A DNA stretch of 64,000 nucleotides. Source: a virus. A program made the translations under genes and the position numbers. The DNA is taken from the IMG/VR virus record IMGVR_UViG_3300046723_000260, positions 1 to 64,000 of that record. One strand, 5' to 3'. A model generated the notes under the pieces. That model was not told where the DNA came from. It did no database searches and saw only the letters and a program-made list of their open reading frames with translations. Below are positions 1-9,472 of this stretch, piece after piece; position 1 is the stretch's first letter; every line of letters begins with the position of its first letter.

Positions 1-411
1 ATCTCGGACTACCCGGTCGAGGAGGGCGGCTTCCAGAGCTACGACAAGGTGCAGCTCCCGTTCGAGTGCCGGGTCCGGATCACGTCGAGCGGGTCGAGCG
101 GCGACCGCGCCGCGCTGCTCGCCGCCCTCGACCAGATCGCGAACTCGCTCGACCTCTACGACGTCGTCACGCCGGAGCGGGTCTACACCTCGGTCAACGT
201 CCACCACATGGACTACCGGCGAACCGCGACGAACGGCGTCGGCCTCCTGGTGGTCGACCTCTGGCTCGTCGAGGTCCGCGTCACGGCGACGGCGACCTTC
301 ACCAACACGCAGCAGCCCGGCGACTCGGGCCAGCAGGGCGTCGGCAACGTCCAGCCGCAGGCGCCGTCTGGCGGCTTCGACGAGGCCGGGTTCGTCGGCG
401 GGGTGCAGTGA
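1..411 (+). CDS. Dit-like baseplate/tail protein (5' truncated)
   Basis: Frame open from base 1: ISDYPVEEGGFQSYDKVQLP..., the YPVE.G motif typical of Dit-like proteins upstream of baseplate genes. Confidence 0.7.
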   Translation: MSDYPVEEGGFQSYDKVQLPFECRVRITSSGSSGDRAALLAALDQIANSLDLYDVVTPERVYTSVNVHHMDYRRTATNGVGLLVVDLWLVEVRVTATATFTNTQQPGDSGQQGVGNVQPQAPSGGFDEAGFVGGVQ

Positions 412-716
412 TGCAGATCGTCCCGCTCCAGCCGATCGCGAACCAGAGCGTGCAGGTCCAGCTCGGCGACCAGGCCTGCACGCTCGGGATCCAGCAGCTC
501 GCCTACGGGCTGTTCATGACCGTCACGGTCGGCGGCGCGCTGATCATCGCCGGCGTGATCTGCGAGAACCGCAACCGGATCGTCCGCTCGGCCTACCTCG
601 GATTCTCCGGCGACCTCGCGTTCGAGGACACGCAGGGCGCCGCCGACCCGGTCTACACGGGCCTCGGGACGCGCTTCCTGCTGGCGTGGCTCGAGCCCGC
701 CGACCTCGCGGGGTGA
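411..716 (+). CDS. Baseplate plug-like small protein
   Basis: ATG overlaps upstream TGA; MQIVPLQPIANQS...GDLAFEDTQGAADPVYTGLGTRF; synteny. Confidence 0.65.
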   Translation: MQIVPLQPIANQSVQVQLGDQACTLGIQQLAYGLFMTVTVGGALIIAGVICENRNRIVRSAYLGFSGDLAFEDTQGAADPVYTGLGTRFLLAWLEPADLAG

Positions 717-717
717 C

Positions 718-1743
718 ATGGTCACCAAGATCACCGTCAACCCGCTGCCGAAGAACGCGCTGCCCACGACGCCGGCGCCGCAGGCGTCGTTCGTCCGCCG
801 GCTCCTGGAGGTTTCGGTCAAGCTCGGCGGCGGCGGGAAGACCAACACGCCGTCGACGTTCTCGGAGAGCGGCACCGACACGGTGACGCTGTCGGGGCTG
901 CGGACCTCGGCGCGGATCCAGAACTCGGGGGCGCCGTCGGGGGCGAGCGCGACGATCCAGGTCTGGGGCATGAGCCCGAGCCTGATGAACCAGCTCGCGA
1001 CGCTCGGGATGGTCTACAACATCGTCGAGAAGAACGAGCTGACGCTGCTCGCCGGCGACGCGACCGCGGGCATGAGCCCGGTGTTCTCCGGGACGGTGGT
1101 CGCGGCCTACACGCAGTTCGACCAGGCCCCGGACGTCGCCTGCCGGTTCGACTGCAACTCCGGGCTCGGCGCCTCGACCGCGCCGGCCGCGGCGACGAGC
1201 TACGCCGGCTCGACCGACGTCGCGACCATCATGTCGAGCTTCGCGAAGCAGATGAACGTCGGGTTCGAGAACAACGGCGTCAACGTCAAGCTGTCGGCCC
1301 CCTACTTCTGGGGCAACGTCCGCGAGCAGGTCCGCGACGCCGCCGAGGCCGCCAACGTCAACGCCGAGGTGATCGAAGGCAAGCTCTGCATCTGGCCGAA
1401 GGGCGGCAACCGCAACACGACGACGGTGCCGGAGATCGGCGCGGCGACCGGGATGATCGGCTACCCGGCCTACACGCAGAACGGCATGATCGTGAAGACG
1501 ATCTTCTCCCCGAAGATCTCGTTCGGCGGGCTCGTCCACGTCACCTCGACGCTGTTCTCGGCGGCGGCGCAGTCGAAGTCGGCGAACGCCTCCCAGGTGC
1601 TGCCGCAGGACGGCAACTGGGCGATCTACAAGATCGACCACGCGCTCGACGCCTTCATGCCGGGCGGCCAGTGGATGAGCACGGTCTACGGCTACAACCC
1701 GAAGTACCCGAGGCCGACGGTGCCCGGCCCGGTGCTGTCGTGA
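718..1743 (+). CDS. Baseplate hub protein
   Basis: 341 aa with IQVWGMS, GFENNGV and TGMIGYP motifs; lies between plug and spike. Confidence 0.75.
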   Translation: MVTKITVNPLPKNALPTTPAPQASFVRRLLEVSVKLGGGGKTNTPSTFSESGTDTVTLSGLRTSARIQNSGAPSGASATIQVWGMSPSLMNQLATLGMVYNIVEKNELTLLAGDATAGMSPVFSGTVVAAYTQFDQAPDVACRFDCNSGLGASTAPAAATSYAGSTDVATIMSSFAKQMNVGFENNGVNVKLSAPYFWGNVREQVRDAAEAANVNAEVIEGKLCIWPKGGNRNTTTVPEIGAATGMIGYPAYTQNGMIVKTIFSPKISFGGLVHVTSTLFSAAAQSKSANASQVLPQDGNWAIYKIDHALDAFMPGGQWMSTVYGYNPKYPRPTVPGPVLS

Positions 1744-2714
1744 GCAACGACGCCTTCGGCTACGGCCAGCAGGGTCCGGGCGACGCCGCGGACGACTTCA
1801 ACATCACCACGTTCCTCGTCCGGCAGATGATGCTGCGGATGCGGACGATGGTCCCGGTCGTGGTCAAGGCCGTGACCGGGGGAGGAGCGGCGGCGGCCCC
1901 GCCGACGGTCGACGTCCAGCCGCTGGTCAACCAGGTCGACGGCAACGGCAACCCGCAGCCGCACGGCACGGTCCACGGGATCCCGGTGCTCCGGATCCAG
2001 GGCGGCGACTCGGCGATCGTGATCGACCCGAAGGTCGACGACGTCGGCTACGTCGCGGTGTCGGACCGCGACATGTCCACGATCAAGAAGACCAAGAAGC
2101 CGTCGAACCCCGGCTCGTGGCGGAGCTACGACCTCGCCGACGGCGTCTACGTCGGCGGCCTGTTCGGGGCGGCGCCGACGCAGTACGCGCTGTTCGACGA
2201 CAGCGGCATGAAGTTCCTGGACCGCAACGGCAACACGATCCTCGGGTCGTCGTCCGGGCTGGACGTCACGCCGAAGACGGGCCAGCCCGTGACGATCCAC
2301 GGCGACGAGGTGGTCACCGGCAACCTGACCGTCGACGGCACCGGGCACATCGTCGGCAACGTGACGCTAGACGGCGCGCTCGGCGTGACCGGGAAGGCCA
2401 CGGTCGGCTCGTTCGAGATCGGCACCGGAGCGACGATCACGCGCATCCTGACCGGGACCAAGACTACCAACTTCGGCGGCGCCATCACCACCGGGACCAT
2501 CACGACCACGACTCTGACGGTGACCGGGGCCAGGGCCGGCGACTACGTCGCGGTCGGCCTCAACGGAGGTCCCGGCAACGGGCTCATGACGCTTTACGCC
2601 TGGGTGTCATCGAACGACACGGTCACGCTCGGGCTCGGCAACCCATACTTCGGGGCGTCATCGCTCCCGGTCAGCACCTCAACGTACAATGTGATAGTCA
2701 TCGGGACGACGTGA
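1740..2714 (+). CDS. Baseplate spike (Gp138-like N-terminus) with extra C-terminal beta domain
   Basis: GTG overlapping stop; TVDVQPLV, DPKVDDVG..DRD and R.YDLADG motifs; beta-helix-like middle. Confidence 0.75.
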   Translation: MSNDAFGYGQQGPGDAADDFNITTFLVRQMMLRMRTMVPVVVKAVTGGGAAAAPPTVDVQPLVNQVDGNGNPQPHGTVHGIPVLRIQGGDSAIVIDPKVDDVGYVAVSDRDMSTIKKTKKPSNPGSWRSYDLADGVYVGGLFGAAPTQYALFDDSGMKFLDRNGNTILGSSSGLDVTPKTGQPVTIHGDEVVTGNLTVDGTGHIVGNVTLDGALGVTGKATVGSFEIGTGATITRILTGTKTTNFGGAITTGTITTTTLTVTGARAGDYVAVGLNGGPGNGLMTLYAWVSSNDTVTLGLGNPYFGASSLPVSTSTYNVIVIGTT

Positions 2715-2721
2715 GGGTGTG

Positions 2722-3105
2722 ATGGCAGAAACGATTCTCCTCGACACCGTGACATGGGACCTGGTCCTCGACGCGAACGGCAACATCGCGCACGCGAAGG
2801 AGCCGTACTCGCTGGCGCAGGACGCCGCCTCGGCGATCAAGACGTTCGCCGGCGAGTGCTACTGGGACACGACGGTCGGCGTCCCCTACATGACGCAGAT
2901 CCTCGCGCAGTCGAACCCGCTGGCGCTGATCAAGCAGCTCTTCGAGGACGCGGCGCTGACGGTCCCGGGGGTCGGCGCGGCGACGTGCTTCATCGAATCG
3001 GTCAACGACCGCGGCATCTCCGGGCAGATCCAGGTCCGGGCGGTGGCGAACATGCAAACCTCGACCGCGCAGTTCCAGACCATCAACCCGCAGACGGGAG
3101 CCTGA
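2722..3105 (+). CDS. Baseplate wedge / gp25-like protein
   Basis: WDLVLDANGNIA...AQD...F.GEC.WDTT.GVPY pattern; synteny. Confidence 0.7.
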   Translation: MAETILLDTVTWDLVLDANGNIAHAKEPYSLAQDAASAIKTFAGECYWDTTVGVPYMTQILAQSNPLALIKQLFEDAALTVPGVGAATCFIESVNDRGISGQIQVRAVANMQTSTAQFQTINPQTGA

Positions 3106-3106
3106 G

Positions 3107-4522
3107 ATGGCGAACATTCCCGGCACCAACGTCCCGGCCGTCACGTGGGGAACGAACGGCTTCCAGATGCCGCCCGGGCCGGACGTCCTCGCCGGCGTCC
3201 AGGCCGACATCAGCGCGGCGTTCGGCGCGACGCTGAACTACTCGCTCAACACGCCGCAGGGCCAGATCGCATCGAGCGAGGCGGCGCTGATCAACAACTT
3301 CAACTCGACCTTCGTCTACTACACGAACCAGGTCGACCCGGCCTACGCCAGCGGGCGGATGCAGGACGCCATCGGCCGCATCTACTTCCTGGAGCGGCTC
3401 GGCGCGACCTCGACCGCGCTGCAGGTCGCCTGCGTCGGAACGGTCGGCCTCGCGATCCCCGGCGGCGCGACGGTCCAGGACGCCTCCGGCAACGTCTACG
3501 CGGCGACCGTCGGCGGGACGATCCCGGCGGCCGGCACGGTCACGCTGCAGTTCAACAACCTCGTCGCCGGGCCGACCTCGGTGCCCGGCACGGTCTCGAT
3601 CTACCAGACGATCCCCGGGTGGGACACGGCGACCGTGGTCTCCGGAACGATCGGCAGCGACGCCGAGAGCCGGTCGTCGTTCGAGGAGCGCCGCCAGCAG
3701 TCGGTGGCGCAGAACTCGGTCGGGATGCTGTCGTCGATCCTCGGCTCGGTGCTCAACGTCGCCGGCGTCACCGACGCCTACGCGATCGAGAACGTCAGCG
3801 GCTCGCCGGTCACGATCTTCGGGCAGACCCTCGTCGCGCACTCGATCTACGTCGCGGCGCTCGGCGGCACCGACCTCGACGTCGCGACGGCGATCTGGCG
3901 AAAGAAGGCGCCGGGCTGCGACTACAACGGCAACACGACGGTGGTCGTGACCGACAGCAACTCCGGCTACAACCCGCCGCTGCCGACCTACTCGGTGAAG
4001 TTCACGCGGCCGCCGCAGCTCCGGGTGCTGTTCGCGGTGAACATCCTCAACAGCTCGCTGGTGCCGGCCGACGCGGTGACGCAGATCCAGAACGCGATCT
4101 CGTCCGCCTTCGTCGGCGGCGACGGCGGCCAGCGGGCGCGGATCGGGTCGAAGATCCTGGCGAGCCGGTTCTACGCGCCGGTCATCGCGCTCGGCTCCTG
4201 GGCGGAGATCATCTCGATCCTGCTCGGCTCGGCCAACACCGCGGCGGCCTCGTTCACGGGCGCGATCGCCGGGACGACGCTCACGGTCAGCGGCGTGACC
4301 GGGGTCGTGGCGATCGGGCAGACCGTGATCGACGCGACCGGCAACGTGCTGCCGGGGACGGTGATCCTGAGCGGCTCCGGCACGACCTGGACGGTCAGCA
4401 TCTCGCAGACCGTCGGCTCCGAGGCGATGCAGGGCGCGGTCGCGACCGCGACCTCGGTGCAGGTCCAGATCAACCAGGCGCCGGTCGTCGACGCCGTCGA
4501 CATCCAGGTGACGCTGACGTGA
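3107..4522 (+). CDS. Baseplate J-like protein
   Basis: TPQGQIA, G.MQDAIGRIYF.ER, G.DAES...FE.RR and HSIYV...GG motifs. Confidence 0.85.
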   Translation: MANIPGTNVPAVTWGTNGFQMPPGPDVLAGVQADISAAFGATLNYSLNTPQGQIASSEAALINNFNSTFVYYTNQVDPAYASGRMQDAIGRIYFLERLGATSTALQVACVGTVGLAIPGGATVQDASGNVYAATVGGTIPAAGTVTLQFNNLVAGPTSVPGTVSIYQTIPGWDTATVVSGTIGSDAESRSSFEERRQQSVAQNSVGMLSSILGSVLNVAGVTDAYAIENVSGSPVTIFGQTLVAHSIYVAALGGTDLDVATAIWRKKAPGCDYNGNTTVVVTDSNSGYNPPLPTYSVKFTRPPQLRVLFAVNILNSSLVPADAVTQIQNAISSAFVGGDGGQRARIGSKILASRFYAPVIALGSWAEIISILLGSANTAAASFTGAIAGTTLTVSGVTGVVAIGQTVIDATGNVLPGTVILSGSGTTWTVSISQTVGSEAMQGAVATATSVQVQINQAPVVDAVDIQVTLT

Positions 4523-5187
4523 GCGGCCCCCCGTACCCGCACCCGAGCCCGGCGCCGGGCAGCAACGCGATCGGCTCGTTCGTCATCGGCGTCTCGCCGA
4601 TCGGGACGATCAACCCGTTCGACGTCTGGACGACGGTCATCAGCCAGTACGCCAACTCGCCGATCCTGGATCAGCTCGTCGTCAACCTCGCGGCGTACTT
4701 CGACCAGACCAAGAACTTCGACGACTTCTATGACAACATCTGGAACATCGACACGGCGGTCGGCCACGGCCTCGACGTGCTCGGGCGCATCCTCGGCGTG
4801 AGCCGGACGCTGACCGTCGTCTCGACGCCGTTCTTCGGCTTCGAGCAGCAGGTCCCGACGGTCGACACGTGGGGGCCGCAGGGCCTCGGCACGTTCTTCT
4901 CGGGGACGTCGGCGACCTCGAACTTCAACCTGACCGACCAGGCGTACCGGACGCTGCTGTTCGCGAAGGCGTTCGCCAACGTCATCGACGGCTCGATCCC
5001 GTCGATCAACCAGCTCCTGCTGAACCTGTTTCCGAACCGGGGAAACGCTTACGTGATAGACAGCGGGGGGATGGCGCTGATCTATCGATTCGTGTTCATC
5101 CTGTCGCCGGTCGAGGCCGCGATCATCACGCAGAGCGGGGTGATCCCGAAGCCGGTCGGCGTGTTCTCGACCGTCGTGCAGTCGTGA
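4519..5187 (+). CDS. DUF2612-family baseplate protein
   Basis: SQYANSP, WNIDTA.G.GLD.LGRI.GVSR, L.D..YR.LL and PKPVGV motifs. Confidence 0.8.
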   Translation: MSGPPYPHPSPAPGSNAIGSFVIGVSPIGTINPFDVWTTVISQYANSPILDQLVVNLAAYFDQTKNFDDFYDNIWNIDTAVGHGLDVLGRILGVSRTLTVVSTPFFGFEQQVPTVDTWGPQGLGTFFSGTSATSNFNLTDQAYRTLLFAKAFANVIDGSIPSINQLLLNLFPNRGNAYVIDSGGMALIYRFVFILSPVEAAIITQSGVIPKPVGVFSTVVQS

Positions 5188-5197
5188 GGGGAAAGCG

Positions 5198-6124
5198 ATG
5201 AAGGCGTCGGACATCCCGTCGAAATTCCAGGTCCCGTTCGGCAACAGCGCGCTCGGCGCGGACATCCGCGCGATCCCGCTGACCACGGCGGACCCGAACG
5301 CGGCGTCGCTGCAGGCGGGCTTCCCGCCGCCGACGTTCACGCCGGTCGGCGCCGGAGGGGCCGCGCCCGACGGCCGCGACTTCAACGGCCTGTTCAACCA
5401 GTCGACCGCCTGGGACCGCTGGTTTTCGGCCGGCGGCCCGGTCGCGTGGGACTCAGGCTTCTCGGCCGCGATCGGCGGCTACCCGCTCGGCGCGATCGTG
5501 CGCTCGCTGACGATCCCGGCGAGCTCGTGGATCTCGACCGCCGACGACAACGTGACCAACCCCGACGCCGGCGGCGCGGGCTGGAGCGCCTACGGCCCCT
5601 CGACGGGGGACGTGAGGCTGACGCTGAAGGCCGCCGCCGACTACGGCTGGCTGATGCTCAACGACGGCACGGTCGGCAACGCCGGGAGCGGGGCGGGCTA
5701 CGCCAACGCCAACGCGTCGGCGCTGTTCAACCTGCTGTGGGGGCTCAACGCGACCTACGTCCTGATCTTCACCAGCGGCGGCGGGGCCTCGACCCGCGGC
5801 GGCTCCGCGGCGGCGGACTTCTCGGCCCTGAAGCGGATCTCCCTGCCGATCCAGCTCGGGCGGGCGTTCGCCGCCGCCGGGGCCGGCTCCGGGCTGACCA
5901 GCCGCGTCGCGGCGCAGTTCCTCGGCGAGGAGGCGCACCAACTGACCATCCCCGAGCTCGCCGCGCACACCCACCCGTCGCTCGCCATCATCACCCTGAA
6001 CTTCGGCACCCCGAGCACGCCGGTCAACCTCGCGACCACGGGCACCACCGGCTCGACCGGCAACGACCAGCCGCACAACAACATGCAGCCGTCGACGTTC
6101 TGGAACGCGATGATCAAACTGTGA
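5198..6124 (+). CDS. Tail fibre with tail-collar-like C-terminus
   Basis: GFPP.T...GG..P.G.DFNG and IGGYP.GA N-terminus; GEEAHQLT..EL.AHTH...HNNMQP C-terminus. Confidence 0.8.
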   Translation: MKASDIPSKFQVPFGNSALGADIRAIPLTTADPNAASLQAGFPPPTFTPVGAGGAAPDGRDFNGLFNQSTAWDRWFSAGGPVAWDSGFSAAIGGYPLGAIVRSLTIPASSWISTADDNVTNPDAGGAGWSAYGPSTGDVRLTLKAAADYGWLMLNDGTVGNAGSGAGYANANASALFNLLWGLNATYVLIFTSGGGASTRGGSAAADFSALKRISLPIQLGRAFAAAGAGSGLTSRVAAQFLGEEAHQLTIPELAAHTHPSLAIITLNFGTPSTPVNLATTGTTGSTGNDQPHNNMQPSTFWNAMIKL

Positions 6125-6132
6125 GGACGACC

Positions 6133-8142
6133 ATGAAGCGGATCCTCCTGGCGCTCGCGACCCTCCTGTGGGCGGGGCTTCCCGCCGCCGCGCAGGTCAC
6201 GTGCCCGACCTTCACCTTCGGCCTCGTCCTGACGGCGGGCCAGTGGCAGGCGTGCTTCGACGCCAAGCAGAACGCACTCGGCTACACGCCGGTCAACAAG
6301 GCCGGCGACGTCATGGTCGGCCGCCTGGTGACGACGGCCTCGACGACGCTCGCGGCGGGCTTCAACATCCCGCACGGCGCGGCGCCGTCCGCGCCGGTCA
6401 ACGGCGACCTCTGGACGACGACGACCGGGCTCTACGTCCAGATCAACGGCGTGACGGTCGGCCCGCTCTCCACCACCGCCGCGCCGACGTTCACGCCGAC
6501 GGTCACGATCAGCGGGGCGCTCGCCGACCAGCAGAGCGCGCTGGTGATCACGTCGACGTTGCCGGCGGTTCCGACCAACCAGCAGAACGGCGTCAACTTC
6601 ACCATCACGAGCGCCGGAACGGCGGCGCAGACCCAACGCGGAATGCTCATAACGCTGGCCGCCGGCTACACCGGATCGACCAACTCGCAGGGGCTCGGCG
6701 TTTTGAACTCCGTGGCCGGAACGGCTTCGACGCTGATCCCCGCCGCCGGGAGCGTCAACGCGCTCGGCAACATGGGCATAGTCGGCAACACCGGCAGCAC
6801 GACGACCGGCCTCAACGTCGGCGTCGACGGCATCGCGAGCGGCGGCAACATCAACGTCGGCCTGCTCGGCCTCGCTCAAAACGCCAAGAACTCCGCGACC
6901 AACATCGGCGTGGTAGGCAGCGCGATCAACACCGGCTCGAGCCCGGTCATGGTCGGCGGCTGGTTCTCGCTGAACCAGACCACCGTGCCGACCGTGTCGG
7001 CCGGCCTGATCGCGGACAACGGGGCGCAGGCGCTTCCGGTCGCGCTGTTCCAGGTCAACGGGGTAACCAAAACACAAATCACGTCGGCAGGCGTGGTGGA
7101 CATCACAGGGCCGGCAGGCAGCGGCGTGGCGGCGTTGATCGTCCGGCCTGACAACGCGACCGGCATCAACTTTGTGGTCCAGAGAAGCGCTGGCGGCGGA
7201 GGCACGGTGACCTTCGGCACGAGCAGCAACCACAACCTCACGTTCATGACGAACGCGACCGAATGGATGAGCCTGAGCGCCACCGGCACGTTCCTGATCG
7301 GCACGTCCACGTCGCGCTACACGCAGTTCACGCAGAGCGCGGGCGCGGTCACCGCGTCGCAGTTTCGATACGACGACAGCGCGCTGCACATCATGCAGCA
7401 GATACAGAACAACGGCGTCTTGGCCGCGGGACAGGGCGCGACCATCAACTTCGAGTACGGGACGGGCGGCGTGGCCACGGGCACCGCCGGGCGCCTCTAC
7501 TTCCCGTCCACCGACACCTGGGCCGCCGCCGGAAACCGATCCGCGCAGTTCCAGGTCGACGTGATCCAGGCCAACACCCTCACCCCGGCCCTGCAGCTCA
7601 CCAGCACGGCGTTCAACACCAACGGCTACGCCCGCTTCGGCAGCTTGTCGGCCCCGACTAACACCACGGCCGGGGACGTGACGGGAATCCGGTTTTTCGG
7701 AACGTCGGTCAACTTGGTCACCATCACCCAGCCGGCCGCCGGCTCGACCCTGACGATCCTCAACGGCAAGACGTTCACGGTCAACAAGTCGATCACCCTC
7801 GACGGCACCGACTCGACGACGATGACGTTCCCGAGCGTCTCGGCGACGATCCCGCGGACCGTGGCGAGCGGCGCGAAGGCGCTCGCGACCGGCGCGATCT
7901 CGTCGGCGACCTGCACGTCGGCGCAGACCGCGAGCGCGACCGGAACGCTGACGAGCGACGCGATCGAAGCGACGTTCAGCGCCGACCCGACCGGGACGGT
8001 CGGCTACCAGGCGGCGACGACGGGCATGCTGACGATCATGGCCTACCCCACGGCTGACACGGTGAACTTCAAGGTCTGCAACAACACCGGCTCCTCGATC
8101 ACGCCGGGGGCCGTGACGCTCAACTGGGCCGTGCTCCGATGA
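6133..8142 (+). CDS. Putative adhesin/tail-fibre-like protein with Sec signal peptide
   Basis: MKRILLALATLLWAGLPAAA-Q start; YTPVNKAGD.M.G and PSAPVNGDLW fibre motifs; Thr/Gly/Ala-rich beta repeats. Confidence 0.6.
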   Translation: MKRILLALATLLWAGLPAAAQVTCPTFTFGLVLTAGQWQACFDAKQNALGYTPVNKAGDVMVGRLVTTASTTLAAGFNIPHGAAPSAPVNGDLWTTTTGLYVQINGVTVGPLSTTAAPTFTPTVTISGALADQQSALVITSTLPAVPTNQQNGVNFTITSAGTAAQTQRGMLITLAAGYTGSTNSQGLGVLNSVAGTASTLIPAAGSVNALGNMGIVGNTGSTTTGLNVGVDGIASGGNINVGLLGLAQNAKNSATNIGVVGSAINTGSSPVMVGGWFSLNQTTVPTVSAGLIADNGAQALPVALFQVNGVTKTQITSAGVVDITGPAGSGVAALIVRPDNATGINFVVQRSAGGGGTVTFGTSSNHNLTFMTNATEWMSLSATGTFLIGTSTSRYTQFTQSAGAVTASQFRYDDSALHIMQQIQNNGVLAAGQGATINFEYGTGGVATGTAGRLYFPSTDTWAAAGNRSAQFQVDVIQANTLTPALQLTSTAFNTNGYARFGSLSAPTNTTAGDVTGIRFFGTSVNLVTITQPAAGSTLTILNGKTFTVNKSITLDGTDSTTMTFPSVSATIPRTVASGAKALATGAISSATCTSAQTASATGTLTSDAIEATFSADPTGTVGYQAATTGMLTIMAYPTADTVNFKVCNNTGSSITPGAVTLNWAVLR

Positions 8143-9239
8143 CGAAACGCCTCGCCCTCGCCGCGGCTCTCGCGCTCCTGGCGGCCGCGCCGGCCGCGCC
8201 GCAGTCGGTGTCGTTTCCGGGGCCGGGCCTCGGGGCTCCGACCGCCTGCAACACCACGCTGGTGTTCCTCACGACCACCGGGGCGAACACCTGGCTCAAC
8301 AACACCGGCTGCGCGACGTTCCAGATCGACTGCGTCGGCGGCGGCGCATCGGGGGCCGGCGGTCCCGCCGCCTCGAACGGTCGCCCCGGCGGCGGCGGCG
8401 GAGGCTGGACCAAGTCGACCGGCGTGACGGTACTCGGCGGCGCGACGGTCAACTACACCGTCGCCACGGGCGGCAGCGCCACGACCGGGACCACGGGCAA
8501 CGTCGGCGGAGACACCTTCTTCAACGACACGGTGTTCCCGTCCGCCGGATCGAACAAATGCGGGGCCAAAGGCGGGGCGGCCAACAGCAGCGACACCGGA
8601 GGCCTCGGCGGCTCGGCGACCGCCGCGTACGGCGGCGCGGGCGGCGGCACCCTCAACCCCGGCGCGTCGTTCGCCAAAGCGGGCGGTCAGGGTGGCACTT
8701 CCAGTTCGGTCTCGAACAACCAAGGCGGCGGAGGGGGCGGCGCGGGCGGGCCGAACGGCACGGGCGGCGCGGGCGGCGGCAGCACCGTCCTGACGGCGGG
8801 CGGCGGCGGCGGCGGCAACGGCGGCGGCTCGGCAGGAGCCGGGCCGACCGCCGGGACCACGGGCGGCAACGGCGGCGACAACTCCGGAGCCACCGGGCAC
8901 GGCGTCGGCACCGGCACGACCTGCGGGGCGGGCAGCAACGGCGGCGGCGGCTCGGGCGGCGGATCAAACTCTGGCGTGAACGTCGGCTGCGCCGGCGGCG
9001 GCGGCACCGAGTTCGACGGCAGCCACGGCGGCGGCGGCGGCGGCGGCGGAGCCGGCATTTTCATCAGCGGGACCGGAAGCACCAACGGCGGGCCGGGTGC
9101 CAATTACGGCGGCGCCGGCGGCGGCGGCTCAAGCCGCGGCGGCGCCGGCACGGCGACCAGCGGCGCTGGCGCCCCGGGCCTGATCGTCATCACGCCGATC
9201 TCGGCGAACGACAACTTCGAGCTGGCGAGGGCGGCCTGA
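8139..9239 (+). CDS. Glycine-rich adhesin-like protein with signal peptide
   Basis: MTKRLALAAALALLAAAPAA start; VGGGASG..GGGGGG, poly-Gly tracts and terminal GAPGLIVI typical of phage Gly-rich domains. Confidence 0.65.
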   Translation: MTKRLALAAALALLAAAPAAPQSVSFPGPGLGAPTACNTTLVFLTTTGANTWLNNTGCATFQIDCVGGGASGAGGPAASNGRPGGGGGGWTKSTGVTVLGGATVNYTVATGGSATTGTTGNVGGDTFFNDTVFPSAGSNKCGAKGGAANSSDTGGLGGSATAAYGGAGGGTLNPGASFAKAGGQGGTSSSVSNNQGGGGGGAGGPNGTGGAGGGSTVLTAGGGGGGNGGGSAGAGPTAGTTGGNGGDNSGATGHGVGTGTTCGAGSNGGGGSGGGSNSGVNVGCAGGGGTEFDGSHGGGGGGGGAGIFISGTGSTNGGPGANYGGAGGGGSSRGGAGTATSGAGAPGLIVITPISANDNFELARAA

Positions 9240-9472
9240 TGGGCGCGACCGAGGAAACCGCGAAGGCCGCCTCCGGGTTCATGGAGGCGATGAAGGGCCA
9301 GCCGCTGAGCCTCGCGCTCGTGGTGATGAACATCTGCTTGATGGGCCTGATGTGGAAGGTTTACACCAAGGCCGACGAGACCCGGCAGGCCCAGATGAAG
9401 ATGATCTTCGAGGCGCAGCGCGAGGTGCAGCAACTCCTCGTCAAATGCGTCATACCACCGGAGGGAAAGTGA
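9239..9472 (+). CDS. Small single-TM protein (holin/antiholin-like)
   Basis: One TM (PLSLALVVMNICLMGLMW), translationally coupled to the endolysin. Confidence 0.45.
   Translation: MGATEETAKAASGFMEAMKGQPLSLALVVMNICLMGLMWKVYTKADETRQAQMKMIFEAQREVQQLLVKCVIPPEGK

Noticed and set aside
8380-9180. GGC microsatellite / PE-PGRS gene
   Set aside because: Explained by poly-Gly coding in a phage Gly-rich domain; no PE domain.
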